NCBI GenBank assembly: GCA_017438865.1
Contig: JAFRUN010000058.1
Location: 12,833 to 76,832, forward strand
Direction of reading: 5' to 3'
Source: Clostridia bacterium
GTDB taxonomy: Bacteria > Bacillota > Clostridia > Christensenellales > CAG-138
Length of the DNA: 64,000 bases
Part shown: in pieces, positions 34,086 through 42,976 of the stretch
How positions within the stretch are numbered: the stretch's first letter is position 1
Layout: each line of letters begins with the position of its first letter
Translations under genes and position numbers: made by a program
Notes under the pieces: generated by a model
Seen by the model: the letters and a program-made list of their open reading frames with translations, nothing else
The model's database searches: none
Told to the model about the DNA's origin: nothing

Positions 34086-35922
34086 CGCGCATCTCCTTGA
34101 CGATGTCGACGATCAGCGCCCAGCGCACGACCTGCCGACGGTTTTCCCTCGGGTAGAAATAATACTGATCTCCGTTGTAATAGGTCTCAAACTCTTTGCC
34201 GACGGAGAACGGGAGCGCGGGCAGCGCATCGAAGCCGATCGTGAACGTCACGCTGTCCGAACGGTAGGAAAAGCCCTCCGGAGAAAGCGTGCAATGTCCT
34301 TTCTCGCGCGTCCTGTATTTCCCCGTGTCGCGGAAGATCTCGGTGTCGACGTCCGCTTCGAGACAGAGTTCCGGCAGCCCCTTTTTTTCGAGTTCCTTGA
34401 TCCGTTCATAGTATCCGCCGATCGAGAACGGTTCGTCCTCGAAGAGATACTGCTCGTTGAGCCGGTGCGTTTTTCCGCACGCCGAACAGACGAGTTCGTT
34501 TCCGACGCCCCTCGTGGTATACAGCGCGCCGCAGTCCGCGCAGCGGTACAGAAGCGCTTCAAGCCCCTTCGCCTTGTTCTTCTGCCGGTACGTTCCGACC
34601 GGATCCTTCGATTCATCGTAGGCGATCGACGCGTCGATCAGCCGGTTCAGCGCATCGTCGGTCATCGCGGCGATCTCGTCCCTTGTGATCACGCGGTCCG
34701 CGGAGATATATATGTCTGAACGGAAGAACCTGCCGCGCCACTTGGGCTTTGCGAAATACGCACCGCGGATCTTCGCGATCACGATGTCCGTTTTCAGACG
34801 GCGGTAAAACGCCGCGCTTTGATCGACGATCGGATAGGACCTGCCGTCGACCGAAAGCCGCGCCTCCGGAAAAATGACGACCGGATATCCCTTTTTCAGC
34901 ATACGCATGATCTGCAGCGGGACGGCGACGTCCGGATAAAAGAGCTTTTTCGGAACGGCGCCGGATTTTGCAGCGATCTTCCGGATCAGCGGATGCGACA
35001 GATAATGCTTGTTGACGACATATGAGGCGCTCGCCGGCGCGCACGAGAGCAGTCGGTGCGTGTAGTACATATCGAAGAACGATTCGTGGTTGCAGAGCAC
35101 GATATACGGCGTGGGCAGGTCACGGATCTTCCCGTCGTCGACGTGCAGGCGCTGCCGGTGACGGCAGAACCGGTGCAGAACGCCGAAGAACGCGGTCATG
35201 TAGAATGAATCGGGCGTGCCTGCGTTCTCCCGGAGTACGATCTTGTTCAGAAACACGAGCAGCACCGCGAGCAGGACGGCGGCGAGAAGCACGATGATCA
35301 GGATCAAAAGCCAGAACGGAAGATCGTTCGCGATAAAATACCGCACGGCAAGCCCCATGAGGTTGGACGTCACGATCGACGGGATGACACCGGTGGCGAC
35401 GGTGAAGATGTACCGGCTGTACTTCATTTTCCGGTAGCTGCCGTAGTAGCAGATCGCACCGAACGGGATCAGCGGCATGATGAACAGCAGATACAGCAAA
35501 AGCTGTGTGCCGCGGTCCTTTTTGACGCGCGCAGCGAGCTTTTCGATCTTTTTCTCATTGCGTTCAAAGGCATTGCTGCTGAAGCGGAACGCCGTGACGA
35601 GCACATAGATGATCGTTGCGCCGAGGCATACGCCGAGATCGCACAGAAGCAGCGCGATATAAAACGGATAACTCAGACCAGAAGAGATCTGAATAAACTC
35701 CGCGGGGATGAAAACGACGACCATCTGCAGCGCTTCGACCAGCACGACGGACAGAAAGCCCAGAACGCCGCGGGACGACAGAAGATCCTTCGCCCCCTCG
35801 ACGTCGTTTGCAAGCTCCATGCGGATAAACGGGATCAGAATGTCGGAAAGGAACAGCACGAACAGCCCGACGGCTGCGACGAGCGATGCCAGTATGATGA
35901 TCCGCTGCGTTGTTTTCTTCAT
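34069..35922 (-). CDS. Fusion of a DedA/VTT (SNARE-associated) membrane domain with a PlsC-type acyltransferase and a C-terminal Cys4 zinc-ribbon region
   Basis: Residues about 1-230 form a VTT-like domain (...VVFIPAEFIQISSG...LLFIMPLIPFG...). Acyltransferase motifs follow: NHESFFD (H-x4-D) and VIFPEARLS. Then comes CADCGALY...CSACG. Confidence 0.7.
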   Translation of the reverse strand: MKKTTQRIIILASLVAAVGLFVLFLSDILIPFIRMELANDVEGAKDLLSSRGVLGFLSVVLVEALQMVVVFIPAEFIQISSGLSYPFYIALLLCDLGVCLGATIIYVLVTAFRFSSNAFERNEKKIEKLAARVKKDRGTQLLLYLLFIMPLIPFGAICYYGSYRKMKYSRYIFTVATGVIPSIVTSNLMGLAVRYFIANDLPFWLLILIIVLLAAVLLAVLLVFLNKIVLRENAGTPDSFYMTAFFGVLHRFCRHRQRLHVDDGKIRDLPTPYIVLCNHESFFDMYYTHRLLSCAPASASYVVNKHYLSHPLIRKIAAKSGAVPKKLFYPDVAVPLQIMRMLKKGYPVVIFPEARLSVDGRSYPIVDQSAAFYRRLKTDIVIAKIRGAYFAKPKWRGRFFRSDIYISADRVITRDEIAAMTDDALNRLIDASIAYDESKDPVGTYRQKNKAKGLEALLYRCADCGALYTTRGVGNELVCSACGKTHRLNEQYLFEDEPFSIGGYYERIKELEKKGLPELCLEADVDTEIFRDTGKYRTREKGHCTLSPEGFSYRSDSVTFTIGFDALPALPFSVGKEFETYYNGDQYYFYPRENRRQVVRWALIVDIVKEMRDEERE

Positions 35923-36106
35923 GCTTCTCCCGATCGTTTCCGCCCTGTTCCCGCGCTGCGCGGTTCGGCGGATGACAATATATTGTATAACGAAACGCTT
36001 TTTTTGTCAATCAAGCGCATACCCGGCTCCTTCCGCTTTTTCTCTTTTCTTTTCGCAGCGGATATGATATGATAATAAAATCAGAACGAAACGAAAGGAC
36101 GTCCGG

Positions 36107-37051
36107 ATGAATACAGCGCTTTTTGACGCCATCCGTCGGGCAAAAACGCTTTCCATTGTCGGAATGTGCAAGAACGCGGGCAAAACGACCGTGCTGAACC
36201 GGCTTTTGGCCGAATCGCACGGGCGCGTTCTCGGTCTGACCTCGATCGGACGCGACGGCGAATCCGTCGACGTCGTGACCGGCACGGAAAAGCCGGGGAT
36301 CTTTGTTCCGGAGGGCACGCTGATCGCGACCGCGAAGGACCTGCTTTCGCTTTCCGATATCACGCAGGAGATCGTCTGTACCACCGGTATTCCCACGCCG
36401 CTCGGCGAGGTCGTGCTCGTCCGCGCAAGGAGCGCGGGCAGCGTACAGCTTGCCGGTCCCTCCATCACCTCGCAGCTTCGCACCGTTTCGGACCTGTTCT
36501 TTTCGCTCGGCGCGGAGCAGGCGATCATCGACGGCGCGCTCGGCAGAAAATCGCTCGGCGCGCGCACCGTTGCGGAAAGCGTGATCCTTTGCACCGGCGC
36601 AAGCTACGATATGCGCATGGAAAATGTCGTAAGCGATACCGCGAACGTCTTTCGCGTTATGAATCTCAAGAAAGCGGAGACCGTGCCGGAAGCGTCCGAA
36701 TTGTCGCTTGCCGACGTGCTCAAAGAAACCGGCGAGGCGCTTGTTCCCGGCGCGCTTTCCGATTCCGCGATCCTGCCGCTTCTGAAGAGCGGCGTCTTAA
36801 AAAACGTCCGTCTTGTCGTAAAGGATCCGAGCAAAGTGCTGCTTTCGCCGGACACGCTCGACAAGCTCGCGATCCGCGGCGTTTCGCTGGAAACGGTTGA
36901 AGCGGCGACCGTACTCTGTGTGACGGTCAACCCCGTGTCCGCCTACGGGTGGAAGTTCGATCCCGATGCGTTCAAACGCGCCGTACAGGCGGCGGTGAAC
37001 GTTCCGGTCATCAACGTAAAGGAGGCGCAACATGATCTCGATCGGCTTTGA
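36107..37051 (+). CDS. kamB: P-loop protein, KamB-like (putative lysine 5,6-aminomutase reactivase subunit)
   Basis: Walker A GMCKNAGKTT near the N-terminus. 314 aa, overlapping the downstream MutS-like ATPase gene. Pairs like this accompany kamDE in lysine fermentation clusters; the family name is from my memory of RefSeq naming. Confidence 0.5.
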   Translation: MNTALFDAIRRAKTLSIVGMCKNAGKTTVLNRLLAESHGRVLGLTSIGRDGESVDVVTGTEKPGIFVPEGTLIATAKDLLSLSDITQEIVCTTGIPTPLGEVVLVRARSAGSVQLAGPSITSQLRTVSDLFFSLGAEQAIIDGALGRKSLGARTVAESVILCTGASYDMRMENVVSDTANVFRVMNLKKAETVPEASELSLADVLKETGEALVPGALSDSAILPLLKSGVLKNVRLVVKDPSKVLLSPDTLDKLAIRGVSLETVEAATVLCVTVNPVSAYGWKFDPDAFKRAVQAAVNVPVINVKEAQHDLDRL

Positions 37052-38492
37052 CGATAAGGTGAAGATCGGTCTGCAATACATTACGGACAGTCTGCATCCC
37101 TGCAGCCCGTTCGGCGTCGAACGCGTTCGGAAGCTGCGCTTCTATGCCCCGGACGAGCGGGCGGAGCTGGAATCGGAGCTCGATAACACGGATCGCGCGC
37201 AGAAAGCCGCGGACGCGCTCGGTTCGCTCTATGAAAAGATCATGCTCGTGCTGTGTCAGATGAAGGATGTGCGCGGCTCGATCAATCGGCTTTCCGAGGG
37301 CGCGTGTCTCGATCATGTGGAACTGTTTGAGCTCAAGGGGTTTCTGCTGCGCGTGAGCGAGCTGATCCCGCTGTTTACCCGGATGAACGAGACCGTGCAT
37401 GCCGAAGGCATCGCGTTCTCCGATCCCGAAGGCGCGCTCGACGTGCTCGATCCGGAGCATACGCGTTCCCGCGGGTTCTATATCCCCGACGGCGCGTCGG
37501 AACCGCTTCGCACGATCCGGAGAGAGAAAAAGCGATTGGAGCAGCGGCTGTACGAGGCGCGGACGGACGCGGAAAAGGAAGCGGTCCGCGCGGAACGTTT
37601 GCGCGTGTGCGCGGGCGAGGACGCCGAGGAACGGAAGATCCGCAGAACGATGTGCGACGCGCTTCTCCCCCGCGTTTCCGCCATGCGTTCGGACGCGGAC
37701 GCCGCGGGACGGCTTGATGTTCTGATCCAGAAAGCGCTGTTCGCAAAGAAATACGGCGGCGTGCGCCCCGAGATCACGGAAACCGCGCTGGAGCTCGTCG
37801 ATATGGTAAATCCGGAGCTTGTCGACCTCCTGAACAAAAAAGGACGCGCATTCGTGCCCGTTTCGATCGCCGCCGACCGCGGCGCAACGGTCATCACCGG
37901 CGCAAACATGGGTGGCAAGAGCGTCGCGATGAAGACCGTCGCGCTGAACGTGCTGCTGATGCACGCGGGATTCCCTGTCTGCGCAAAAGCGGCGCGCATC
38001 CCCATGTTCCATAGCGTGAAAATGCTGTTCGACGACGCGCAGTCCATGCAGTCCGGATTGTCCGGCTTCGGTTCCGAGATCGTGCGGTTCAACGCCGCGC
38101 TGAAGGACGTCGAGCAGGGCTATTCGCTGTTCCTGATCGACGAGCTCGCGCGCGGCACGAACCCCGACGAGGGCGCGGTGATCGTGCAGGCGGTGACGCG
38201 ATACCTGAACGGTGCGAACGCGATCTCGATCCTTGCGACGCATTACGACGGCGTTGCCGAAAACGCGCGGACGCACTATCAGATCATCGGATTGAAGGAC
38301 GTCGATCCGGATGCGATCAGGGTCGAGCTTCAGGCGGCGGGCGAAGACGGCGTCGCAATCATCGCGCGGCATATGAACTACGGACTGTACCGCGTGGAGG
38401 GAAAGGCGGACTGTCCCAGGGACGCGCTGAACATCTGCCAGATGCTGTCGCTGAAACCGGAAATTTTAGAGCGCATCGAACGGGCGTACTGA
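37032..38492 (+). CDS. kamC: MutS domain-V-type ATPase, KamC-like (putative lysine 5,6-aminomutase reactivase ATPase)
   Basis: ITGANMGGKSV (Walker A), LFLIDELARGTNPDEG (Walker B / MutS signature) and ATHY. It has no mismatch-binding or endonuclease domains. 486 aa. Confidence 0.6.
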   Translation: MISIGFDDKVKIGLQYITDSLHPCSPFGVERVRKLRFYAPDERAELESELDNTDRAQKAADALGSLYEKIMLVLCQMKDVRGSINRLSEGACLDHVELFELKGFLLRVSELIPLFTRMNETVHAEGIAFSDPEGALDVLDPEHTRSRGFYIPDGASEPLRTIRREKKRLEQRLYEARTDAEKEAVRAERLRVCAGEDAEERKIRRTMCDALLPRVSAMRSDADAAGRLDVLIQKALFAKKYGGVRPEITETALELVDMVNPELVDLLNKKGRAFVPVSIAADRGATVITGANMGGKSVAMKTVALNVLLMHAGFPVCAKAARIPMFHSVKMLFDDAQSMQSGLSGFGSEIVRFNAALKDVEQGYSLFLIDELARGTNPDEGAVIVQAVTRYLNGANAISILATHYDGVAENARTHYQIIGLKDVDPDAIRVELQAAGEDGVAIIARHMNYGLYRVEGKADCPRDALNICQMLSLKPEILERIERAY

Positions 38493-38493
38493 T

Positions 38494-38937
38494 ATGAAAT
38501 TCGGCTGGATCAACCTTTTCGGCGTGATCATCGTCATCCTGCTGATCATACCCAATATCGTTTATGCGATAAAGAACCGGAATGAAAAGAACCGCTGCAC
38601 AAACCGGCTGATGGATGTATTGGAGCAGATCGGACGGTACGCCTGCATCGTTCTGATGTGGCTGCCTCTGCTCGTTTGGAAATTCGGCTTTGCAAGTGTT
38701 TTCGCTATGGTGCTTTATCTTTTCGGAAACGGTTCACTGCTCACCGCATACTGGGTTCTGTTTGCGCGGTATCTGAAAGTGAAAAATGCTGGGCTTGCGC
38801 TTTCGCTTGCCATTATTCCCGCATGCATCTTTCTGCTGAGCGGACTGCTCCTCAGGCACTGGCTGCTTGCCGGCTTTGCGATCCTGTTCGCAATCGCGCA
38901 TATCTATGTTACGCGGCAGAATGCCGTTTCCCGTTGA
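38494..38937 (+). CDS. Small integral membrane protein, unknown function
   Basis: 147 aa with 4 predicted TM helices. It starts 2 nt after the kamC-like stop. Confidence 0.55.
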   Translation: MKFGWINLFGVIIVILLIIPNIVYAIKNRNEKNRCTNRLMDVLEQIGRYACIVLMWLPLLVWKFGFASVFAMVLYLFGNGSLLTAYWVLFARYLKVKNAGLALSLAIIPACIFLLSGLLLRHWLLAGFAILFAIAHIYVTRQNAVSR

Positions 38938-38974
38938 CATTTTCGCATTACTGTTTATTTCAATAGGAATATTC

Positions 38975-39004
38975 TTGACAACGCCCGCAAAAATCGGGTA
39001 TAAT
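38975..39004 (+). promoter_or_regulatory. Sigma-A promoter of the lysine fermentation operon
   Basis: TTGACA (38975-38980), an 18-nt spacer, then TATAAT (38999-39004). Confidence 0.65.
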
Positions 39005-39024
39005 TTTTATGCAAAATTCCATTT

Positions 39025-39197
39025 GGTCTTCAATAGAGGCGCGGACAGCAGGGTATCCGTTCGACCGGCAGGGCAGCCGAAACGGTCTTCGGAAAAGGGG
39101 CCGTCCGCCGAAGGAAGCGGATGTGCCCGAACCGGTTCCTGGCGTCGTCGTGTAAGCGGCGGTGCTGTCATGTTCAAAGAGCATGGAGCGCTATTGG
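39025..39197 (+). promoter_or_regulatory. Lysine riboswitch (L-box) aptamer
   Basis: The L-box conserved blocks are read in order: CAAUAGAGGCGCGG, GAAAAGGGGCCGUCCGCCGAAGG, CCUGGCGUCGUCGUG, GGUGCUGUCA and UGGAGCGCUAUUG. The last closes P1 with the 5' CAAUAG. Confidence 0.8.
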
Positions 39198-39226
39198 TCG
39201 ATCATCGACCGACAGCGCCTTTTTTC
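39188..39226 (+). terminator. Intrinsic terminator forming the riboswitch expression platform
   Basis: GCGCU-AUU-GGUCGA / UCA / UCGACC-GAC-AGCGC followed by CUUUUUU. Its 5' arm contains the P1 3' strand (CUAUUG, 39191-39196). Confidence 0.7.
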
Positions 39227-39301
39227 ATTACAAAAAGCGCTTCGAAGGCTTCGGATGCGCCCATCCCCTTAAAAAGCAAATCTTGAGAAGGAGAATGACA
39301 C

Positions 39302-39709
39302 ATGGAAAAAATCACATCCCTGATCCGACTCCGCATGAGCGCGAAGGATGCACACTACGGCGGAAACCTGGTTGACGGCGCGCACATGGTGCATCTGTTC
39401 GGCGACGTTGCGACCGAGCTTCTCATCAAGTGCGACGGCGACGAAGGTCTGTTCTGCGCGTACGATATGGTCGAGTTCCTCGCGCCGGTCTATGCGGGCG
39501 ACTACATCGAAGCGTACGGCGAGATCGACCGCATCGGCAATACCTCCCGCGGCATGACGTTCGAAGCGCGCAAGATCATTCAGGCGCGTCCCGACATCAG
39601 CCCGAGCGCGGCGGAAGTTCTGCCGGAACCCATCGTGGTCTGCCGCGCACACGGCACCTGCGTCACGCCGAAGGACTGCCAGCGCATCGATCACAGCCAG
39701 GACAAATAA
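39302..39709 (+). CDS. kal: 3-aminobutyryl-CoA ammonia-lyase
   Basis: 135-aa hot-dog-fold protein ([29 protein letters not shown]...) as the first gene of a kce-kdd-kamADE cluster. RBS GAAGGAGA. Confidence 0.75.
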   Translation: MEKITSLIRLRMSAKDAHYGGNLVDGAHMVHLFGDVATELLIKCDGDEGLFCAYDMVEFLAPVYAGDYIEAYGEIDRIGNTSRGMTFEARKIIQARPDISPSAAEVLPEPIVVCRAHGTCVTPKDCQRIDHSQDK

Positions 39710-39720
39710 CGGAGGGAATT

Positions 39721-40548
39721 ATGGAGAAACTGATCATCACCGCCGCCATCTGCGGCGCGGAAGTCACCAAGCAGAACAACCCCGCCGTCCCCTATACCGT
39801 GGAGGAAATGGTGCGCGAAGCGAAGCTCGCGTACGAAGCGGGCGCGGCGATCATCCACGTGCACGTCCGTGAGGACGACGGCACCCCCACGCAGGACCGC
39901 GAACGTTTCCGCGTGGTCATGGACGCGATCCGCAAAGAGCTTCCCGACGTCATCATGATCCCGTCGACCGGCGGTGCGACCGGCATGACGCCCGAAGAGC
40001 GTCTGCAGCCGACCGAGCTCATGCCCGAGATGGCGACGCTCGACTGCGGCACCTGCAATTTCGGCGACGAAGTATTTGAAAACACCATGCCCACCATGCG
40101 CGCGTTCGGCAGGCGCATGATCGAGAACGGCATCAAGCCCGAGTATGAATGCTTCGAGCTCGGACATCTCGACACCGTGCTGAACATGGCGAAGAAAGGC
40201 GAAGTCCCCGGCGCGCCGATGCAGTTCAATTTCGTTCTCGGCGTGCCCGGCTGCGCGCCCGCGACCGTCGACAACCTTGCATTCATGGTCTCAAAGATCC
40301 CCGCGGGCTCGACCTGGACGGTCACCGGCGTCGGCAGATCCGCCTGGACGATGGCGGCAGCCGGCATCATCATGGGCGGCAACGTCCGCGTCGGCTTCGA
40401 GGACAACGTGTACCTCGGAAAAGGTCACAAGGCGGCTTCAAACGGCGAACTCGTCGAAAAGGTCGTCCGCCTCGCGAAGGAACTCGGCAGAGAGATCGCA
40501 ACGCCCGACGAGGCGCGCGCGATCCTCGGCATGGCTCCGCGCAAATAA
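39721..40548 (+). CDS. kce: 3-keto-5-aminohexanoate cleavage enzyme (BKACE/DUF849 family)
   Basis: MEKLIITAAICGAEVTK...AAIIHVHVRED...GGNVRVGFEDNVY is the BKACE TIM-barrel signature. The start is at ATG 39721 after GGAGGG. The upstream part of track ORF 39430 is an out-of-frame overlap with kal. Confidence 0.85.
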   Translation: MEKLIITAAICGAEVTKQNNPAVPYTVEEMVREAKLAYEAGAAIIHVHVREDDGTPTQDRERFRVVMDAIRKELPDVIMIPSTGGATGMTPEERLQPTELMPEMATLDCGTCNFGDEVFENTMPTMRAFGRRMIENGIKPEYECFELGHLDTVLNMAKKGEVPGAPMQFNFVLGVPGCAPATVDNLAFMVSKIPAGSTWTVTGVGRSAWTMAAAGIIMGGNVRVGFEDNVYLGKGHKAASNGELVEKVVRLAKELGREIATPDEARAILGMAPRK

Positions 40549-40592
40549 TCGCAATCAAAACCCGTTCAAAATACATTTCAGGAGGAACAACA

Positions 40593-41645
40593 ATGGAACA
40601 GTTAAAGGGCAATAAGTACGGCACTCACCGCGTCATCGAGCCGAAGGGCGTTCTCACCCAGGCGGCATGGAAGATCGACAACGACATGACCAAGCGCTAC
40701 AGCAACGAGATCATCTGCGACGTCATCTCGCTGAACATCGACTCCGCTTCCTTCACGCAGATCGAAGAAGCGTGCGGCGGCGACGAGCAGAAGATCGGCG
40801 AAATGATCCTCGGCATCGTTGCGGAACGCGGCAAGCAGCAGAACCCGGTCACCGGCTCGGGCGGCATGTTCATCGGCAAGGTCGCGTACATCGGCGAGGA
40901 CCTTCTGAAGAAGCCCGACTTCGACCTCAAGGTCGGCGACAAGATCGCATCCCTCGTTTCCCTGTCCATGACGCCTTTGAAGATCGACCGCATCAAGGCG
41001 ATCCACAAGGATATCGACCGCGTCGACATCGACGGTCAGGCGGTCCTGTTTGAGTCCGCGATCTACGCGAAGCTCCCCGAAGACATGTCCGAAGCGCTCG
41101 CGCTTGCGGCGCTTGACGTAGCCGGCGCACCCGCGCAGGCAAGAAAGCTCCCGAAGGAAGGCGATTCCGTGCTGATCCTCGGCGCAAACGGCAAATCCGG
41201 CGTGCTCTGCGGCTGGGAAGCACTGAAGAAGGTCGGCCCGAACGGCAAGGTCGTCGGCGTCGTCCGGAACCCGAAGCAGGTTCCCGCGCTGATCGAGCTC
41301 GGCGTTTACACCGACGTCATCGTTGCGGACTGCACGAAGCCCGTCGAAGTGCTGGAAAAGGCGCTTGAAGTCAACGGCGGCAAGGAATACGACATCTCCA
41401 TCTGCTGCGTCAACATCGAATCCTGCGAGATGAGCGCGATCCTCCCGGTCCGCGACGACGGTCTCGTTTACTTCTTCTCCATGGCGACCTCCTTCACGAA
41501 GGCGGCTCTGGGCGCGGAAGGCGTCGGCAAGGACGTCACCATGATCGTCGGCAACGGCTACACCAAGAACCATGCCGAAATCACGCTGAACGTGCTCCGC
41601 GAGAACGAAAAGCTCAGAAAGCTGTTTGACGAAAAATACTGCTGA
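40593..41645 (+). CDS. kdd: L-erythro-3,5-diaminohexanoate dehydrogenase
   Basis: 350 aa. Rossmann LILGANGKSG. The N-terminus MEQLKGNKYGTHRVIEPKG is typical of Kdd. The position between kce and kamA fits, and the RBS is AGGAGG. Confidence 0.75.
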   Translation: MEQLKGNKYGTHRVIEPKGVLTQAAWKIDNDMTKRYSNEIICDVISLNIDSASFTQIEEACGGDEQKIGEMILGIVAERGKQQNPVTGSGGMFIGKVAYIGEDLLKKPDFDLKVGDKIASLVSLSMTPLKIDRIKAIHKDIDRVDIDGQAVLFESAIYAKLPEDMSEALALAALDVAGAPAQARKLPKEGDSVLILGANGKSGVLCGWEALKKVGPNGKVVGVVRNPKQVPALIELGVYTDVIVADCTKPVEVLEKALEVNGGKEYDISICCVNIESCEMSAILPVRDDGLVYFFSMATSFTKAALGAEGVGKDVTMIVGNGYTKNHAEITLNVLRENEKLRKLFDEKYC

Positions 41646-41716
41646 ACCCCTTGCGAGAGCGGACGGAAGCGTCCCGCTCTCGCGGTTTTATTCCGAACGA
41701 TCAAGGAGGAAACTCT

Positions 41717-42967
41717 ATGAAAACCCGTAACGGTCTTTTTGCCGACGTCCCCGAAGCACAGTGGAACGACTGGCACTGGCAGGTTCAGAATCGCGCCGAG
41801 ACGCTCGACGATCTCAAGAAGGTCATGACGCTGACGCCCGAAGAGGAGGAAGGCATCAAAAAGACGCTCGGCAAACTGCGCATGGCGATCACGCCGTACT
41901 ATCTCTCGCTGATCGATCTCGACGATCCTTATGATCCGATCCGCAAGATGGCGATCCCGCGCGCGGAGGAGCTCGACTATGCCGATTATGAGGACGCCGA
42001 CCCGCTGCACGAGGACACCGATTCCCCGACGCCCGGTCTCACCCACCGCTATCCCGACCGCGTGCTGTTCCTGATCACGGATATGTGCTCCATGTACTGC
42101 CGTCACTGCACGCGCCGCCGCTTCGCGGGACAGAACGACTGCGGCGTTCCGATGTCGCAGATCGACAAGTGCATCGAATATGTGGCGAACCATCCCGAAG
42201 TGCGCGACGTGCTTCTTTCCGGCGGCGACGCGCTGATGGTCAGCGACGCGGTGCTCGAGAGCATCATTTCGCGGCTTCGCGCGATCCCGCATGTGGAGAT
42301 CATCCGCCTCGGCTCGCGCACGCCGGTCGTGTGCCCGCAGCGCATCACGCCGGAGCTTTGCAGTATGCTCAAAAAATATCATCCGATCTGGCTCAACACG
42401 CATTTCAACACGCCGAAGGAATTCACGCCCGAAGCCGCGAAGGCGTGCGCCATGCTCGCCGATTCCGGCATTCCGCTGGGCAACCAGAGCGTTCTGCTCG
42501 CCGGCATCAACGACTGCAGCCACGTCATGATGGAGCTCGTGCACGGGCTCGTCAAGATGCGCGTGCGCCCGTATTACATCTACGCATGCGATCCCTCGCT
42601 CGGTCTTTCGCACTTCCGCACGCCGGTATCGAAGGGCATCGAGATCATGGAAGCGCTGCGCGGACACACCTCCGGTTACTGCGTGCCGACGTTCGTGGTC
42701 GACGCGCCGGGCGGCGGCGGCAAGACGCCCGTCATGCCGACCTACCTGATCTCGCAGACGCCGAGAAAGATCATTCTCCGCAACTTCGAGGGCGTGATCA
42801 CGTCCTATACCGAGCCGGAACATTATGTGCAGAACTGCCATTGCGACGTCTGCACCGGCAAAAAGAAGATCGAAAAAACCGGCGTCGCATACGTCGCCGA
42901 GGGCACGAAGCAGCATTACCTCGAACCGACAAAGCTCCTCCGCAACGAGCGGCACGTCAAGCACTGA
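41717..42967 (+). CDS. kamA: L-lysine 2,3-aminomutase (radical SAM, PLP)
   Basis: WNDWHWQVQNR, HRYPDRVLFLITDMCSMYCRHCTRR (CxxxCxxC cluster) and SGGDAL. The start is at ATG 41717 after AAGGAGG. Confidence 0.92.
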   Translation: MKTRNGLFADVPEAQWNDWHWQVQNRAETLDDLKKVMTLTPEEEEGIKKTLGKLRMAITPYYLSLIDLDDPYDPIRKMAIPRAEELDYADYEDADPLHEDTDSPTPGLTHRYPDRVLFLITDMCSMYCRHCTRRRFAGQNDCGVPMSQIDKCIEYVANHPEVRDVLLSGGDALMVSDAVLESIISRLRAIPHVEIIRLGSRTPVVCPQRITPELCSMLKKYHPIWLNTHFNTPKEFTPEAAKACAMLADSGIPLGNQSVLLAGINDCSHVMMELVHGLVKMRVRPYYIYACDPSLGLSHFRTPVSKGIEIMEALRGHTSGYCVPTFVVDAPGGGGKTPVMPTYLISQTPRKIILRNFEGVITSYTEPEHYVQNCHCDVCTGKKKIEKTGVAYVAEGTKQHYLEPTKLLRNERHVKH

Positions 42968-42976
42968 GGGACGGCT

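Noticed and set aside
32091-34100. 669-aa plus-strand ORF
   Set aside because: It is antisense to the GH31 5' end and the YfcC transporter, and its extreme Arg/His/Asp/Glu content is not protein-like.
37011-38372. 453-aa minus-strand ORF. The same applies to 44548-46005 (minus), 48332-49663 (plus), 51171-52640 (plus), 57751-59034 (minus) and 61552-62883 (plus)
   Set aside because: Each is antisense to a gene with clear family motifs (kamC-like, kamE/atoD, etfA/etfB, hbd/crt, citF, ABC ATPase/permease). They are GC-driven open frames.
38940-39301. Possibility that the leader of the B12-dependent kam operon is a cobalamin riboswitch
   Set aside because: The conserved blocks (AGAGGCGC, GCCGAAGG, CUGUCA, GGAGCGC) are L-box blocks. 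I could find no B12-box-like sequence.
39430-40592. N-terminal extensions of the kce, kdd and atoA track ORFs (39430, 40149 and 45867 starts)
   Set aside because: The extensions overlap the preceding genes out of frame and are Arg-rich. Internal ATGs at 39721, 40593 and 46053 have good RBSs and give family-typical N-termini.
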